From the NCBI GenBank assembly GCA_951812395.1, contig CATOSD010000002.1, forward strand, positions 255,049-319,048: 64,000 nucleotides of DNA, in the 5' to 3' direction. Shown one piece after another: positions 17,832 to 27,828 of this stretch; within the stretch, counting starts at the first letter, position 1, and the number at the start of each line of letters is the position of its first letter. The notes below the pieces were generated by a model, which did not search any database, was not told the origin of the DNA, and saw nothing but the letters and a program-made list of their open reading frames with translations. This DNA is from an uncultured Dehalococcoidia bacterium (lineage in GTDB: Bacteria; Chloroflexota; Dehalococcoidia; Lucifugimonadales; CATOSD01). The position numbers were made by a program, and so were the translations under genes.

Positions 17832-20144
17832 TTACCCCAACTTCTCCAGCGGCGCGAAACTCAGTAGCAGCCGCTTCACGCCGTGCCCTTCCTTGAACGC
17901 CACCGTGAGCTGAAAGTCGCCTGCGGAAGGCGTGCAGCTCATCACGATGCCGTCGCCGAACGCCGGATGCCGCACCTTGTCGCCGGTCGCGTAGGCGGCT
18001 GCCGGCGCCGCGGGCTCCGCCTCACGCCGGCCTCGCACCCTCCGGCGTGCGCGTTCCACTGCCGGCCTCGCCTCGCCACCGCCGTTGGTCGCCGGCCGAC
18101 GCCTCGCCGGTCTCGCGGGCGGCGCGACAGTCTGCGCGGCCGGCTTCTCGGGCGCTTCGCTCGGCGTCGCGCCTTCGATCAGTTTTCGCGGGATGTCTTC
18201 AAGAAAGCGGGAGGGATCGCTTGGCCCAGAGCCGCCCCAGAACCCCCTGCGGAACGCCCGCAGCAGGTACAGCCTCTTCTGCGCGCGGGTCACCCCCACG
18301 TAGCACAGCCGACGCTCCTCCTCGATCTCCTCGGGCGTGTCCATAGAGCGTGAGTGAGGCAATAGCCCCTCCTCCATGCCGACCATGAACACCACCGGGA
18401 ACTCAAGCCCCTTGCTCTGGTGAAGCGTTATCAGGGTCAATGCGTCGGGCTGATCCTCGAAGCTGTCCACGTCGCTCACCAGGCTCACGCCCTCCAGGAA
18501 CGCGGTCAGTGCTTCCTCGATTCCGAGGTGTGTGAACTCCCTCGCCGAGCCGCGAAACTCCTGTACGTTATCCAGGCGTTCCTCGCCCCTCTCTTTGGTC
18601 TCCGCGGACTCCTCGATGTGTCGCCTGTAGCCCGTCTGCTCCAACACCGCGTCGATGAGCTCGACGAGGTCCAGCGTCCGGCTCTCCTCGTTCAGTCTGC
18701 CTATCAACTCGCGGAACCTCGTTAACGCCTGCGCCTGCGCCGGGCGGAGCGAGAAGGGTCCGCCGCCGGGTTCGCTCAGGCTCTCAATCGCCGCGTACAT
18801 GGACGAGCCCCTGTCGCGGGCGGCGCGCGTCAGGTTGTCCACCGTGCGCTGCCCTATACCCCTGGTTGGCACGTTGATGACCCGGTCCAGAGCCACGTCG
18901 TCGTGCGGATTCGACACCAGCCTTAAGTAAGCCGCCACGTCCTTGATCTCCCGGCGCTGGTAGAACTTGATCCCCCCAACTATCTGGTACGCCACGCCGA
19001 ACCGCCGGCAGGCCTCCTCCAGCGCGCGGGACTGTGCGTTGACCCGGTACATGACGGCAATGTCGCCCAGCGCAAAGCCCTCGGCCCTGGAAAGCCTGTA
19101 CACCTCGCGCACCACGTATTGGGCCTCGTCCTCCTCGTTGTACTCCTCGCGCACAACGATCGGTGAGCCTACCCCGTTGTTCGTCCACAGGCTCCTCTCG
19201 ATTCGCTGTGAGTTGGGGGATATGACCTTCGTTGCCGCGTCCAGTATCGTGCTTGTGGATCGGTAGCTCTCGTCGAGCGTGATGACCTTCGCCGTTGGGA
19301 AGTCCTGCTGAAAGCTGAGGATGTTTCCCACTCTGGCGTTGCGCCACGAGTAGATCGACTGGTCCGGGTCGCCCACCACCACCAGGTTGTTGTGACGCTT
19401 CGCTATGCTGCGCGCGATGGCGTACTGCGCCACGTTCGTGTCCTGGAACTCGTCGATCATGAAGTGGACGTAGCGGTCCTGGTACTTCTCGGCCACCCGG
19501 GGGAACTTGTTCAACAGCGTGTGGGTCTTGAACAACAGGTCGTCGAAGTCGAGCGCCGAGCTCTGCGCCAGCATCTGCTCGTACTGCTCGTACACCCGGT
19601 GGGCAATCTCGTCCAGGTAGTTCTCCTTGCGCAGTCCGAAGCCCTCCACTCCCACAAGCTCGCTCTTGGCCTTGGAGATAATGGAGAGCACCGCGCCTGG
19701 CGAGAACGCCTTGAAGTCCACTCCCGCCTCGGCCATGGCGCGCTTGATGGCGGCGGTCTGGTCGGCGGCGTCGTAGATGGCGAAGTTGCGGTCCAGCCCC
19801 ATCACCTCGCCGTCTGTTCTCAGCAGCCGGGCGCAGAACGAGTGGAAGGTGCCCACGGCAAGACCGGAGCTTCGAAGGCGCCATCCCAGCAGGGGAGCGG
19901 CGGAATCGTCTTGGCTCGTGCCGAAGAGCCGCGATTGCATCTCCCGCGCCGCCTTGTTGGTGAAGGTCAGGGCGGCTATGCGGTAGGGGGATACACCCGC
20001 TCTGCCGATGAGGTAGGCGATGCGGTGGGTGATGACGCGGGTCTTGCCGCTTCCCGGCCCGGCCACGATGAGCAGCGGCCCGTCGATGGCCTCCACCGCC
20101 TCGCGCTGGCGGTCGTTCAGTCCCGCGAGTGGGTCGGCAGGCAT
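17832..20144 (-). CDS. pcrA: ATP-dependent DNA helicase PcrA/UvrD
   Basis: AGPGSGKT, TFTNKAA, DEFQD, VGDPDQSIY, KGLEF, EERRLCYVGVTRA, C-terminal Tudor (VRHPAFGDG). Confidence 0.95.
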   Translation of the reverse strand: MPADPLAGLNDRQREAVEAIDGPLLIVAGPGSGKTRVITHRIAYLIGRAGVSPYRIAALTFTNKAAREMQSRLFGTSQDDSAAPLLGWRLRSSGLAVGTFHSFCARLLRTDGEVMGLDRNFAIYDAADQTAAIKRAMAEAGVDFKAFSPGAVLSIISKAKSELVGVEGFGLRKENYLDEIAHRVYEQYEQMLAQSSALDFDDLLFKTHTLLNKFPRVAEKYQDRYVHFMIDEFQDTNVAQYAIARSIAKRHNNLVVVGDPDQSIYSWRNARVGNILSFQQDFPTAKVITLDESYRSTSTILDAATKVISPNSQRIERSLWTNNGVGSPIVVREEYNEEDEAQYVVREVYRLSRAEGFALGDIAVMYRVNAQSRALEEACRRFGVAYQIVGGIKFYQRREIKDVAAYLRLVSNPHDDVALDRVINVPTRGIGQRTVDNLTRAARDRGSSMYAAIESLSEPGGGPFSLRPAQAQALTRFRELIGRLNEESRTLDLVELIDAVLEQTGYRRHIEESAETKERGEERLDNVQEFRGSAREFTHLGIEEALTAFLEGVSLVSDVDSFEDQPDALTLITLHQSKGLEFPVVFMVGMEEGLLPHSRSMDTPEEIEEERRLCYVGVTRAQKRLYLLRAFRRGFWGGSGPSDPSRFLEDIPRKLIEGATPSEAPEKPAAQTVAPPARPARRRPATNGGGEARPAVERARRRVRGRREAEPAAPAAAYATGDKVRHPAFGDGIVMSCTPSAGDFQLTVAFKEGHGVKRLLLSFAPLEKLG

Positions 20145-20151
20145 CGGCGGC

Positions 20152-21081
20152 CTAATCGACGAAGATGGGGTTGTCGCGCGTTATCGTCCGCGTCTCGGCG
20201 GCCAGGGCGGCCCGCATGTACTTGGGCAACGAGAACATGCCACGATGCGTTATGCCGTCGTAGTAGCGCAGCTCGCCGTCGACTCTCCGCGCGATCTTGG
20301 CGTCCACCTCGTCCGCCCCCAACGCCGTCGGGTCCGGCCCCAGCGAGCCCAGCGCGAAGCCCCACGTGGAGCCGAACGACGGCACGAACGCCTCGCAGGC
20401 GTGGAACTGCGGGAACACGGCGCCGATGGTGTTGGCCACCGCGGAGAAGCACTGCTCATAGAAGGCCGGCCCGGTCGGGCCGGCCTGCGCCACCATGATG
20501 CCGCCCGGATTCAGGCGACGGCGCAGCAGCCGGTAGAACTCCTCGGTGTAGAGCATCAGCGCGGGCCCCTCTTCCAGCGGATCGGGGACGTCGATGATGG
20601 CCACGTCAAAGCTGTGGTCGGTCTGCTCCAGGTATGCGTAGGCGTCCGCGTGGATAAGCTCGAGCCTCGGGTCGTCGAAGGAGCCCCGGTGGAAGTCGGG
20701 CAGGTGTTGCCGGCACAGTTCGACCACCTCGCGGTCCAGGTCCACCATCACCGCGCTCCGGACCGTATTGTGCGCCAGCGCCTCGCGGGCCGTCGCGCCC
20801 TCACCACCGCCCGCGATGAACACGTCTCGCGGGTTGGGGTGCGCCAGCATGGCCGGATGCGTCAGCGCCTCGTGGTAGATGAACTCGTCCACCGCCGTGG
20901 ACTGGGTCTTGTCATCCAGAATGAGGCTGCGGCCGAAACAGGCCGTTTCCTGAAGCGTGACGTGCTGGTATGCTGTACGGCCCTCGTAGAGCATGCCGAC
21001 CACCCGTTCCGCCTGCACCAGGTCGGGCGTGATGGTCTCGTAGTGCCACGCGCCTTCTCTGAGGCGCTCCTGGACGCTCAT
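20152..21081 (-). CDS. speE: Polyamine aminopropyltransferase (spermidine synthase)
   Basis: DEFIYHEAL, GGGEGATARE, DVPDP. Overlaps the speD stop codon. Confidence 0.93.
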   Translation of the reverse strand: MSVQERLREGAWHYETITPDLVQAERVVGMLYEGRTAYQHVTLQETACFGRSLILDDKTQSTAVDEFIYHEALTHPAMLAHPNPRDVFIAGGGEGATAREALAHNTVRSAVMVDLDREVVELCRQHLPDFHRGSFDDPRLELIHADAYAYLEQTDHSFDVAIIDVPDPLEEGPALMLYTEEFYRLLRRRLNPGGIMVAQAGPTGPAFYEQCFSAVANTIGAVFPQFHACEAFVPSFGSTWGFALGSLGPDPTALGADEVDAKIARRVDGELRYYDGITHRGMFSLPKYMRAALAAETRTITRDNPIFVD

Positions 21082-21461
21082 CGGGGCACTTCGACAGGCG
21101 ACGCGACTCGCCGCTGGATGAAGCCCCGCTTGACCTCTTTCAGGGTGGGATTGGCGCACTCGAGCCTATCTATCAGCAGCGCGGCGGCCTTGTGCGGGCT
21201 GAAGTCCTCCCCGCAGGTGAAGATGTCAACCGCGGCGAAGCCGTACTCGGGCCAAGTGTGTACGCCCATGTGCGACTCCGCTATGGCCAGTATGCCTGTT
21301 ACGCCCACGGGCTGAAACTTGTGAAAGGTCTCGCCGACTATGGTCGCTCCAGCCTCGCTCGCCGCGCTCATAAGCGCCTGCCTGACGTGCTCCACATCGT
21401 CGAGCAGCGCCGGGCTGCAGTCCTCCAAGTCGAGTAACAGATGCGTCCCTAGCGCATTCAA
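21078..21461 (-). CDS. speD: S-adenosylmethionine decarboxylase proenzyme
   Basis: LGTHLL, FQPVGVT, AESH cleavage site, HTWPE, DIFTCG. Confidence 0.95.
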   Translation of the reverse strand: MNALGTHLLLDLEDCSPALLDDVEHVRQALMSAASEAGATIVGETFHKFQPVGVTGILAIAESHMGVHTWPEYGFAAVDIFTCGEDFSPHKAAALLIDRLECANPTLKEVKRGFIQRRVASPVEVPR

Positions 21462-21563
21462 TCACCTACCCTCCGTTCGTTCTTCCGGGATTGTTTGGCT
21501 GGTGAGCTAAAACTGAGATTATACATGAACGAAGGGCGTGATGCGACGCGCGGCAACGCGCGG

Positions 21564-22031
21564 CTAGTCCGCCACTTCGACGATTACCTCGATCTCGATG
21601 GGGATGTTGTTTGGCAGCGATCCCATGCCCACCGCCGACCGCGCGTGCTTGCCCTTGTCCCCGAACACCTCGACCATCAGGTCGGAGCAACCGTTGGCTA
21701 CGGCGGGTTGCTGTGTGAAGTCGGTCGCGGCGTTCACCATGGAGAGCAGCTTCACAACCCGGTTCACGCGGTCCAGGTCGCCCAGTTCCCCCTTGAGACG
21801 CGCCAGGATGTTGATGCCGGTAAGGCGCGCCGCCTCGTAGCCCTCCTCCACGCTCAGATCCTGGCCCACCTTGCCGGTCGGCGAGGTGCCGTCGGGCCGG
21901 GCCGCCGGACCGAGACCCGCCAGGTACAGCAGGTTGCCGGTTCGCACCGCGGGCACGTAGTTTGCCATCGGCGCCGGGGAGTCTGGCAACTCGATCCCCA
22001 TCTCTTCAAGTTTCGCTTCGATCGCGGACAT
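21564..22031 (-). CDS. RidA/YjgF family protein
   Basis: ANYVP, VANGCSD, HARSAVG, LPNNIPIEIE. Confidence 0.9.
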   Translation of the reverse strand: MSAIEAKLEEMGIELPDSPAPMANYVPAVRTGNLLYLAGLGPAARPDGTSPTGKVGQDLSVEEGYEAARLTGINILARLKGELGDLDRVNRVVKLLSMVNAATDFTQQPAVANGCSDLMVEVFGDKGKHARSAVGMGSLPNNIPIEIEVIVEVAD

Positions 22032-22154
22032 CGCTTCCTCCTATCTGATGTGGCCACTGCTGTGGCCGCCGCCAATTCTATCTCAAAACAGCCGGTATGT
22101 GAAACCGGACGCTGCTACGCGATGTTGAGTCAGATTGCCTGGCGCCCCCTCCCA

Positions 22155-22227
22155 CCGTTGGTCTCGCTCCCCGCCCATTCGGCAAGCTCAGGGCATGCTT
22201 CCACGGGGACAGGCTTCGCGGGAACGC
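22155..22227 (-). repeat. Triply nested palindromic repeat composite
   Basis: Minus strand reads ttcccgcga[agcctgtccccgtgga{agcatgccctgagcttgccgaatg}ggcgggg]agcgagacc. Confidence 0.65.
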
Positions 22228-22394
22228 AAAATCTGTTCTATTCTGCGACATTCTGTGCGACTCCTAGCTGGGAGTGTCGGCGGTCGTGCGCAATTCTGTA
22301 ATGTCGGCGTGTGCACTTCGGGGCAGAAACGTCACGCCGCGTGACAGAGTAGGACAGGGGGCGGAGCAGGGACACTCGGCCGTGTCTTCTATGC

Positions 22395-22424
22395 CACAGG
22401 GCGCCCACAAGGGACGCCCCTACG
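22395..22424 (-). repeat. GTAG-type REP
   Basis: CCGTAGGGGCGTCCCTTGTGGGCGCCC on the minus strand. Related copies near 23447, 23793, 31095 and 60188. Confidence 0.75.
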
Positions 22425-22815
22425 GATGCCTGCAGCTTACCCCCGCTGGAGGTAGGCTGCCCGGGCCGCAGGGTCGGTCCCTCGCGTAAGCGATGTTAGC
22501 ACGTGTGTGCGTATAATTCCAGAGGGGTGGCGAAATTGCGGGATCGAGGCGGATTGGTGGGGAGAAACGGCGCAGGTGTGGGGACGGGTAGGACGTCCGT
22601 GGGGTTGGATGGGCCAGGGCCGGGAACGGGTGGCGCGCGAGAGTGACGCTTTTTTCCTGGTACAGGCGCGAATGGGGTCGGGTGTGGACGAGGCTGTGCG
22701 GCCGGGGTGTGCGTTGGGGCGTCCGGGGGACAAAGGCTGAGCGACGTGGCGAACGCAAGGCACAGGCCGCAGGCCCAGGGTTGCGGACGGGGACAGGCTG
22801 TTGGCGATGGAGGCG

Positions 22816-22870
22816 GTTCTCCCTGAGCGTAGCCGAACGGTCTGAGTTGCTTCGATAGGCTCAGCATGAC
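22816..22870. repeat. Inverted REP doublet, family C
   Basis: CCCTGAGCGTAGCCGAACGG facing TTCGATAGGCTCAGCATGAC. Confidence 0.7.
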
Positions 22871-22978
22871 AATCGAAACACCCCGCTGTCGGCCCGCTTT
22901 GTGCCGGACGCGCCGCCCGTGATACATTCGGCCTGTCCGACACCTGCGGCACGACGACGCCCAATCTAGGAGAACCCA

Positions 22979-23374
22979 ATGACTACACGTGACGACGCCA
23001 TCAGGCTCAAGCGGGTGAACCACCTGACCTACAACGTGACCGACAAAGACCGAGCACTCCGCTTCTGGGAGGACGTCCTGGGAGTGAAGCGGATTCCCAG
23101 CCAGGTGGACCGCGACCACATCATCTGGCTGCAACTCCCCAGTGGGGCCATGGTGCACCTGGTGGAAACGCCGGACGGCCCATCGGCGCCCTCGCACCAC
23201 GGCGCGTTCGAGGTGGACGACATCGAGTCCGCACAGGCCGCGCTGCGCGCCCGTGGCATTGACACGACCGACATCACGACCCGCAACGACGGACAGCGCG
23301 TCTTCTTCATCGAAGACCCCGACGGCAACCGCATCGAAATCTGCACAAAGTCCGGCTTCGGCGTGCTGGTGTAG
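22979..23374 (+). CDS. VOC/glyoxalase family protein
   Basis: NHLTYNV, HHGAFEV, FFIEDPDGNRIE; AGGAG RBS. Confidence 0.9.
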   Translation: MTTRDDAIRLKRVNHLTYNVTDKDRALRFWEDVLGVKRIPSQVDRDHIIWLQLPSGAMVHLVETPDGPSAPSHHGAFEVDDIESAQAALRARGIDTTDITTRNDGQRVFFIEDPDGNRIEICTKSGFGVLV

Positions 23375-23380
23375 GCCAAT

Positions 23381-23418
23381 CCCCTCTCCCTCGAGGGAGA
23401 GGGACAGGGTGAGGGTGA
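23381..23418 (+). repeat. REP family A variant
   Basis: CCCCTCTCCCTCGAGGGAGAGGGACAGGGTGAGGGTGA. Confidence 0.8.
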
Positions 23419-23531
23419 CGGGGGTGAGGCCACCGCCCGCATTGCCGTAGGGGCAGGCCCTGTGACATTTGTCCCAACGGCTTTCAGGTGTAGTAAGATG
23501 AATACGACCCTAAGACGTGCGTAGGTGAGCG

Positions 23532-23735
23532 ATGACAATGGATGCCAGGCTCGATACGGTGGAAGGTCGGGTGGAGGAGCACGCGGCGGCAATAGCTGAC
23601 CTGCGGGAGGGCCAGCGTGAGATCCGCAACATGCTGGCCGCTATGAACAGCCGAATCGACCGTTTATTCCTCGCCATTCTGGGCATAGGCGCGGCGCAAA
23701 TCGCGCTGCTCATCACGCTCATATTTCGCAACTAG
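23532..23735 (+). CDS. Small coiled-coil protein with a C-terminal TM helix
   Basis: Heptad-rich N-terminus, then LFLAILGIGAAQIALLITLIF; AGGTGA RBS. Confidence 0.7.
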   Translation: MTMDARLDTVEGRVEEHAAAIADLREGQREIRNMLAAMNSRIDRLFLAILGIGAAQIALLITLIFRN

Positions 23736-23874
23736 AGGTGGTCGACAACAAGCCCAAACATCCCCGTCAACCGGAATCCCTTCCCAACCACCGTAGGGGC
23801 AAGCATCGTGCCTGCCGGGGTCTCGTGCCCCTTCGTACCCTTCGTGGATAAACGAGAATGGGGCAACGCACCCC

Positions 23875-24927
23875 CTACGCGAAGGCCAGCACCCGCGCCG
23901 GGTTGTCCACGAGTATGGCCCGAATGTCTTCGCGCGTGAATCCTCTCCGGCGCATTCGCGGCACGATCCGCTCCATGATGTAGCCGTATCCGTGGCCGCC
24001 GTACTTCGCCAGACGGTGCTTGGTGCAGATGTCATGGGCGATGACTATCTTGTCGCCGAAACCCTCATCTACCAGCCGCTTGATCGTGTCCAGGCGCGTG
24101 GAGTCGCTGGGCATGTCGATGTTCGACAGAGGGTAGTACGAGGTCTCGATGCCGAACAGGTCCCACTCCAGGTAGCAGTCGGCCGCCGCCAGGTCCAGTA
24201 GCGAATCGATGTCGAACATGGTGCGGTCGAGGTGGCCCATGATGACGCGCGACAGGTTGGCGCCGGCCATCGTGAGCACGTCCAGAATCTCGAACGGCGC
24301 CTGGTCGCTGCGTCCCGGGTGTATCAGAATGGGCGCGCCCGTTACGAGCTGCGCGGCCGCGGCGGCCCGCAGCACCTTGCGCTCGTTCGGCGTGAGCGGC
24401 CAGGTGCACCCGATCTCGCCGATGATCCCCGCGCGCACCCCCGTGTAGTCCACGCCCTCCCTGATGTCCTCCACGATCCGCCGCGCGATCTCCAACTCGC
24501 TGCGCATATCCATGTCCGCGGGATGAACGGCGTCGACGTAGTAGCCCGCCCCCATGACGATGTTAACTCCGGTCGCGCGGGAGATGCGGGCCAGCGCCAG
24601 TGGGTCCCGCCCTATCCCCAGCGTCGTGGCGTCAACTATCGTGCCGCCCCCGTGCCTGGCGAACAGAGCCGCCTCGGCGATGGCGGTGTCCTCGTCCGTC
24701 AGCAGCAGGTTGTCGTGGTAGCTGTAGTAGTCCTGCCTCACGCGCCCCAGGTTCTCGATGGTGATCGGCTCGTACACACGCCCGAGGTCGGACGCCTCCT
24801 CCGGCGGAGTAAACATGCACAAGAAGTTGATGAGCAGATGCTCGTGGGTCATGGTGGGTCCGAGCGCCTCGGGCGATACCGGCCCGAGCACTGTTTGCGC
24901 CATTCCGCTAAGCTCGCTCAACGACAT
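23875..24927 (-). CDS. Phosphotriesterase-family protein (PHP-like, Glu-bridged)
   Basis: THEH, GEIG, IHPG, GHLD, AHD. Confidence 0.9.
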   Translation of the reverse strand: MSLSELSGMAQTVLGPVSPEALGPTMTHEHLLINFLCMFTPPEEASDLGRVYEPITIENLGRVRQDYYSYHDNLLLTDEDTAIAEAALFARHGGGTIVDATTLGIGRDPLALARISRATGVNIVMGAGYYVDAVHPADMDMRSELEIARRIVEDIREGVDYTGVRAGIIGEIGCTWPLTPNERKVLRAAAAAQLVTGAPILIHPGRSDQAPFEILDVLTMAGANLSRVIMGHLDRTMFDIDSLLDLAAADCYLEWDLFGIETSYYPLSNIDMPSDSTRLDTIKRLVDEGFGDKIVIAHDICTKHRLAKYGGHGYGYIMERIVPRMRRRGFTREDIRAILVDNPARVLAFA

Positions 24928-25522
24928 TTCCGTTCTCCCTGGCTGTAGATTGTGGGGCGCCGTCACCCGGCCCGCCCCGTAGGGACGCCTCGAATCGCCT
25001 TAGCTGGTCTAGCTGGGGCGGCATGATGTGAATGAACGGGCGCGTTTCGCGTATGAGCGCGACCGCGTCCTCCAGCGTATACCCCCGGCTGATAAAGTAA
25101 GCCGCGGCCATCGTGGGCGCCCGGCCTATGCCCCCGCCACAGTGGATGTACACGCTCTCCCCTTCCGACACCGCGCCGTCCACGAACTCGACGCCGCGCC
25201 GTAGATGCTCGAGCGTGGGCGCCTCGTCGTCCACGGTCGGCAGATGGCAGTAGTGTTCCGGCGCAAGCCCGTGCTCGGCGTCGTCGAACTCGACCCGCAT
25301 GTTGACGCAGTAGCGCACGCCCATCTCTGTCAGCCGGCGCAGCCCGGCCTGCCGATACTGCGGCCCCACCAGCACCCCCGGCGCCACCAGGCTGTACTTG
25401 ATCATCGGCGTCCCGGTGACCGCGGGTATGCCGCGCCCATACAGCCAGAGCAGCGAGGTTCTCAGTCCGTCGCGCCTCAGCCGCTGCACGAAAATCGATG
25501 GCATCCTTGCCAGTATTCCCAT
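24908..25522 (-). CDS. Dual-specificity protein phosphatase
   Basis: P-loop IHCGGGIGRA; general acid in PTVDD. Confidence 0.88.
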   Translation of the reverse strand: MGILARMPSIFVQRLRRDGLRTSLLWLYGRGIPAVTGTPMIKYSLVAPGVLVGPQYRQAGLRRLTEMGVRYCVNMRVEFDDAEHGLAPEHYCHLPTVDDEAPTLEHLRRGVEFVDGAVSEGESVYIHCGGGIGRAPTMAAAYFISRGYTLEDAVALIRETRPFIHIMPPQLDQLRRFEASLRGGPGDGAPQSTARENGNVVERA

Positions 25523-25583
25523 CGGTCTAGTCTAGCTCCAGCCGTATGCCGGCCCCGTGCCGGCGCGATTTTCGTCGGCCGCG

Positions 25584-25871
25584 TCAGTCGTGCTCGTTGT
25601 CCTCGTCGTCGGACATGTAGGGGCCGCTGTCCTCCCTCATGCCCATCTGCTCGCCGTAGGACGTGCGAATGCGCGAGATTCGCAGCTCTGCGGAGCTCAG
25701 GATTTCGTTGCACACGCGGGCGAGCTTGACCCCGTCCTCGTACAGCTTCGTCGCCTCCTCCAGGCTCAGCCCCCCCGACTCCAGCGAGCGCACAGTCTCC
25801 TCCAGCCGGCCCAGCGCCTCTTCGAAGCTGAGGCTCTCGATGTCCGTCTTCCCATTAACTTCCGGTTGCAT
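25584..25871 (-). CDS. xseB: Exodeoxyribonuclease VII small subunit
   Basis: SFEEALGRLEETVRSLESGGLSLEE; lies downstream of xseA. Confidence 0.93.
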   Translation of the reverse strand: MQPEVNGKTDIESLSFEEALGRLEETVRSLESGGLSLEEATKLYEDGVKLARVCNEILSSAELRISRIRTSYGEQMGMREDSGPYMSDDEDNEHD

Positions 25872-27072
25872 CGTCGCCTCCAGCGTGCACGTCCGTCACG
25901 CTTGCCTCCGCCGAGCCGCGGCCGAACATCAACTCCACCGCGTCGCCCGGCGAAAGCTGCGAATAGTCGGTCACGATTCTACCACTTTCAGGCGCGGTTA
26001 CTATCGAGTATCCTCGCCGCAATATGACACTGGGATTGAGCGCCGTCAGCCGCGATCTCAGCCCCTCCAGCCGTTGCGCCTCCATCTCGGCGTTGTGCTT
26101 GGCGTGCGCCCCGGCCGCCCGCAGCGCGTCGTCCACGCGCTGCCTCAGCCCGTCCACGTCAGGGCGCGTGCGGCCCAGCCGCGCCTCTAGCTGCCGCGCC
26201 GTCTCACGTCCCACCGCTGCCCGGCCCGATGCCCACGTGTGCAGCGCTTGGACCGCGCCGGCAATCTGCCCCGCGAGCTCGACCGCGCTCGGCGCCGCCA
26301 GCTCCGCGGCGGCGGATGGAGTGGCCGCGCGCACGTCGGCCACCATGTCCGATACTGTGACGTCGGTCTCGTGGCCTATCGCGCTTATCACCGGAGCGCG
26401 GCAGGCGTACACCGCTCTCGCCACCGGCTCCTCGTTGAAAGGCCAGAGGTCCTCGAGCGAGCCGCCACCGCGCGCCAGAATCACCACGTCTGTCGCCGGC
26501 GCTTCGTCGAGCGCGTCGAACGCCGCCACGATGTGTCCCGCCGCCTCCGCGCCCTGCACCTGCGTCGGCGCCAGCACCAGGTCCGCGATGGGAAAACGCC
26601 GCCCTACAACCGTCTGTATGTCGTGCCACACCGCGCCCGACGGCGACGTGACCACGCCAATCCGCTGCGGAAACCGCGGCAGGCCGCGCTTGCGCGACTG
26701 GTCGAACAGGCCCTCGCTTTCCAGCTTGAGCTTGAGCTGCTCCAGCCTCATCTGGAGCTCGCCCACGCCCTCCGGCTGCGCGACGTCGGCCACGAGCTGC
26801 ACCTCGCCCCGCTGCGCGTAGATGGACACCCGCCCGTGCACCACGACCGCCGCGCCGCTGACAAGGTGCTGCATCCCCCGCGAACGCTGCCGGAACATGA
26901 CGCAACGTAGCTGGGACCTGTCGTCCCTCAGCGTGAAGTAGGCGTGACCGGACGCCGCCCGCGTGACGTTCGCGACTTCTCCGCCGATCCAGATGTCCGC
27001 GAGCAGTTCGTCCGCGTCGAGCAGGTCACGCAGGTGGGAGGTTACTTGAGAGACCGCGTAGTAAATGGGCAT
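25855..27072 (-). CDS. xseA: Exodeoxyribonuclease VII large subunit
   Basis: SGHAYFTL, RGGGSLEDLWPFNEE, SAIGHETD, TPSAAAE. Confidence 0.96.
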   Translation of the reverse strand: MPIYYAVSQVTSHLRDLLDADELLADIWIGGEVANVTRAASGHAYFTLRDDRSQLRCVMFRQRSRGMQHLVSGAAVVVHGRVSIYAQRGEVQLVADVAQPEGVGELQMRLEQLKLKLESEGLFDQSRKRGLPRFPQRIGVVTSPSGAVWHDIQTVVGRRFPIADLVLAPTQVQGAEAAGHIVAAFDALDEAPATDVVILARGGGSLEDLWPFNEEPVARAVYACRAPVISAIGHETDVTVSDMVADVRAATPSAAAELAAPSAVELAGQIAGAVQALHTWASGRAAVGRETARQLEARLGRTRPDVDGLRQRVDDALRAAGAHAKHNAEMEAQRLEGLRSRLTALNPSVILRRGYSIVTAPESGRIVTDYSQLSPGDAVELMFGRGSAEASVTDVHAGGDDATGS

Positions 27073-27105
27073 GAATCGTGCCGGGCCGACTCCATTCGTA
27101 GTAGA

Positions 27106-27174
27106 CCCTTCCCCCTTGACTGAGGAAGAGCCTGACCTGAGCTTGCCGAAGGGTAGGGTTAGGATGCGGATGAA
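27106..27174 (+). repeat. REP family A with a nested 24-nt module (27129-27152)
   Basis: ...GAAG|AGCCTGACCTGAGCTTGCCGAAGG|GTAGGGTTAGGATG. Confidence 0.75.
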
Positions 27175-27181
27175 GGCCTAG

Positions 27182-27745
27182 CTACACCCGTGACAGGTAG
27201 CTGCCGCTGCGCGTGTCGACCTTGATCCGGTCCCCGCGGTTGACGAACAGCGGAACGTTCACCACAAGCCCCGTCTCGAGCGTCGCCGGCTTGGAGCCGC
27301 CCTGCGCCGTGTCGCCCTTGAAGCCGGGGTCTGTCTCGGTCACCTCGAGGTCCACCGAAACGGGCATCTCTATGGCGACCGGGCTCTCACGGAAGAGCAC
27401 CAACTCCACGTTCGTCTGCTCTACCAGGTACTGGAGCTCGTCCTTGATCTGGTCGTCGGACAGGGGAAACTGGTCGTAGGTCTGCACGTCCATGAAGTAG
27501 CGGAAGTCGTCGTCCTGGTAGATGTACTGGGCGGTGCGTCGCTCGACGGCGGCCAGCTTGAACGCCACGTCGTACCCAGAGAACGTGCGCTCCATGAGCC
27601 GGCCGCTAACCAAGTCGCGGAACTTGATGCGCATCACGGGCGCGCGCTGTTGCATCTTGCTGCGCTCGTAGTCGACGACAATGAAGGGGTTGCCGTCCAG
27701 CTCGACGGCCATGCCTTTCCTCAGTTCTCCGTAGCTCAGAGTCAT
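27182..27745 (-). CDS. efp: Elongation factor P
   Basis: PGFKGDT, KPATLETG, VPLFV, DTRSGSY. The N-terminal loop KMQQRAP is atypical. Confidence 0.95.
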   Translation of the reverse strand: MTLSYGELRKGMAVELDGNPFIVVDYERSKMQQRAPVMRIKFRDLVSGRLMERTFSGYDVAFKLAAVERRTAQYIYQDDDFRYFMDVQTYDQFPLSDDQIKDELQYLVEQTNVELVLFRESPVAIEMPVSVDLEVTETDPGFKGDTAQGGSKPATLETGLVVNVPLFVNRGDRIKVDTRSGSYLSRV

Positions 27746-27774
27746 CCCGGAGCCTCCTCGCGTTGTGCCGATAA

Positions 27775-27812
27775 GTCCCTTCCCCCTCGCGGGGGGAAGT
27801 TAGGATGGGGGT
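27775..27812 (+). repeat. REP family A
   Basis: GTCCCTTCCCCCTCGCGGGGGGAAGTTAGGATGGGGGT. Confidence 0.85.
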
Positions 27813-27828
27813 GGATATCGGATAGGCC

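Noticed and set aside
3459-20144. OLD ATPase plus UvrD as a Gabija system
   Set aside because: The genes are 12 kb apart, and the helicase is a full-length housekeeping PcrA in an operon with speDE.
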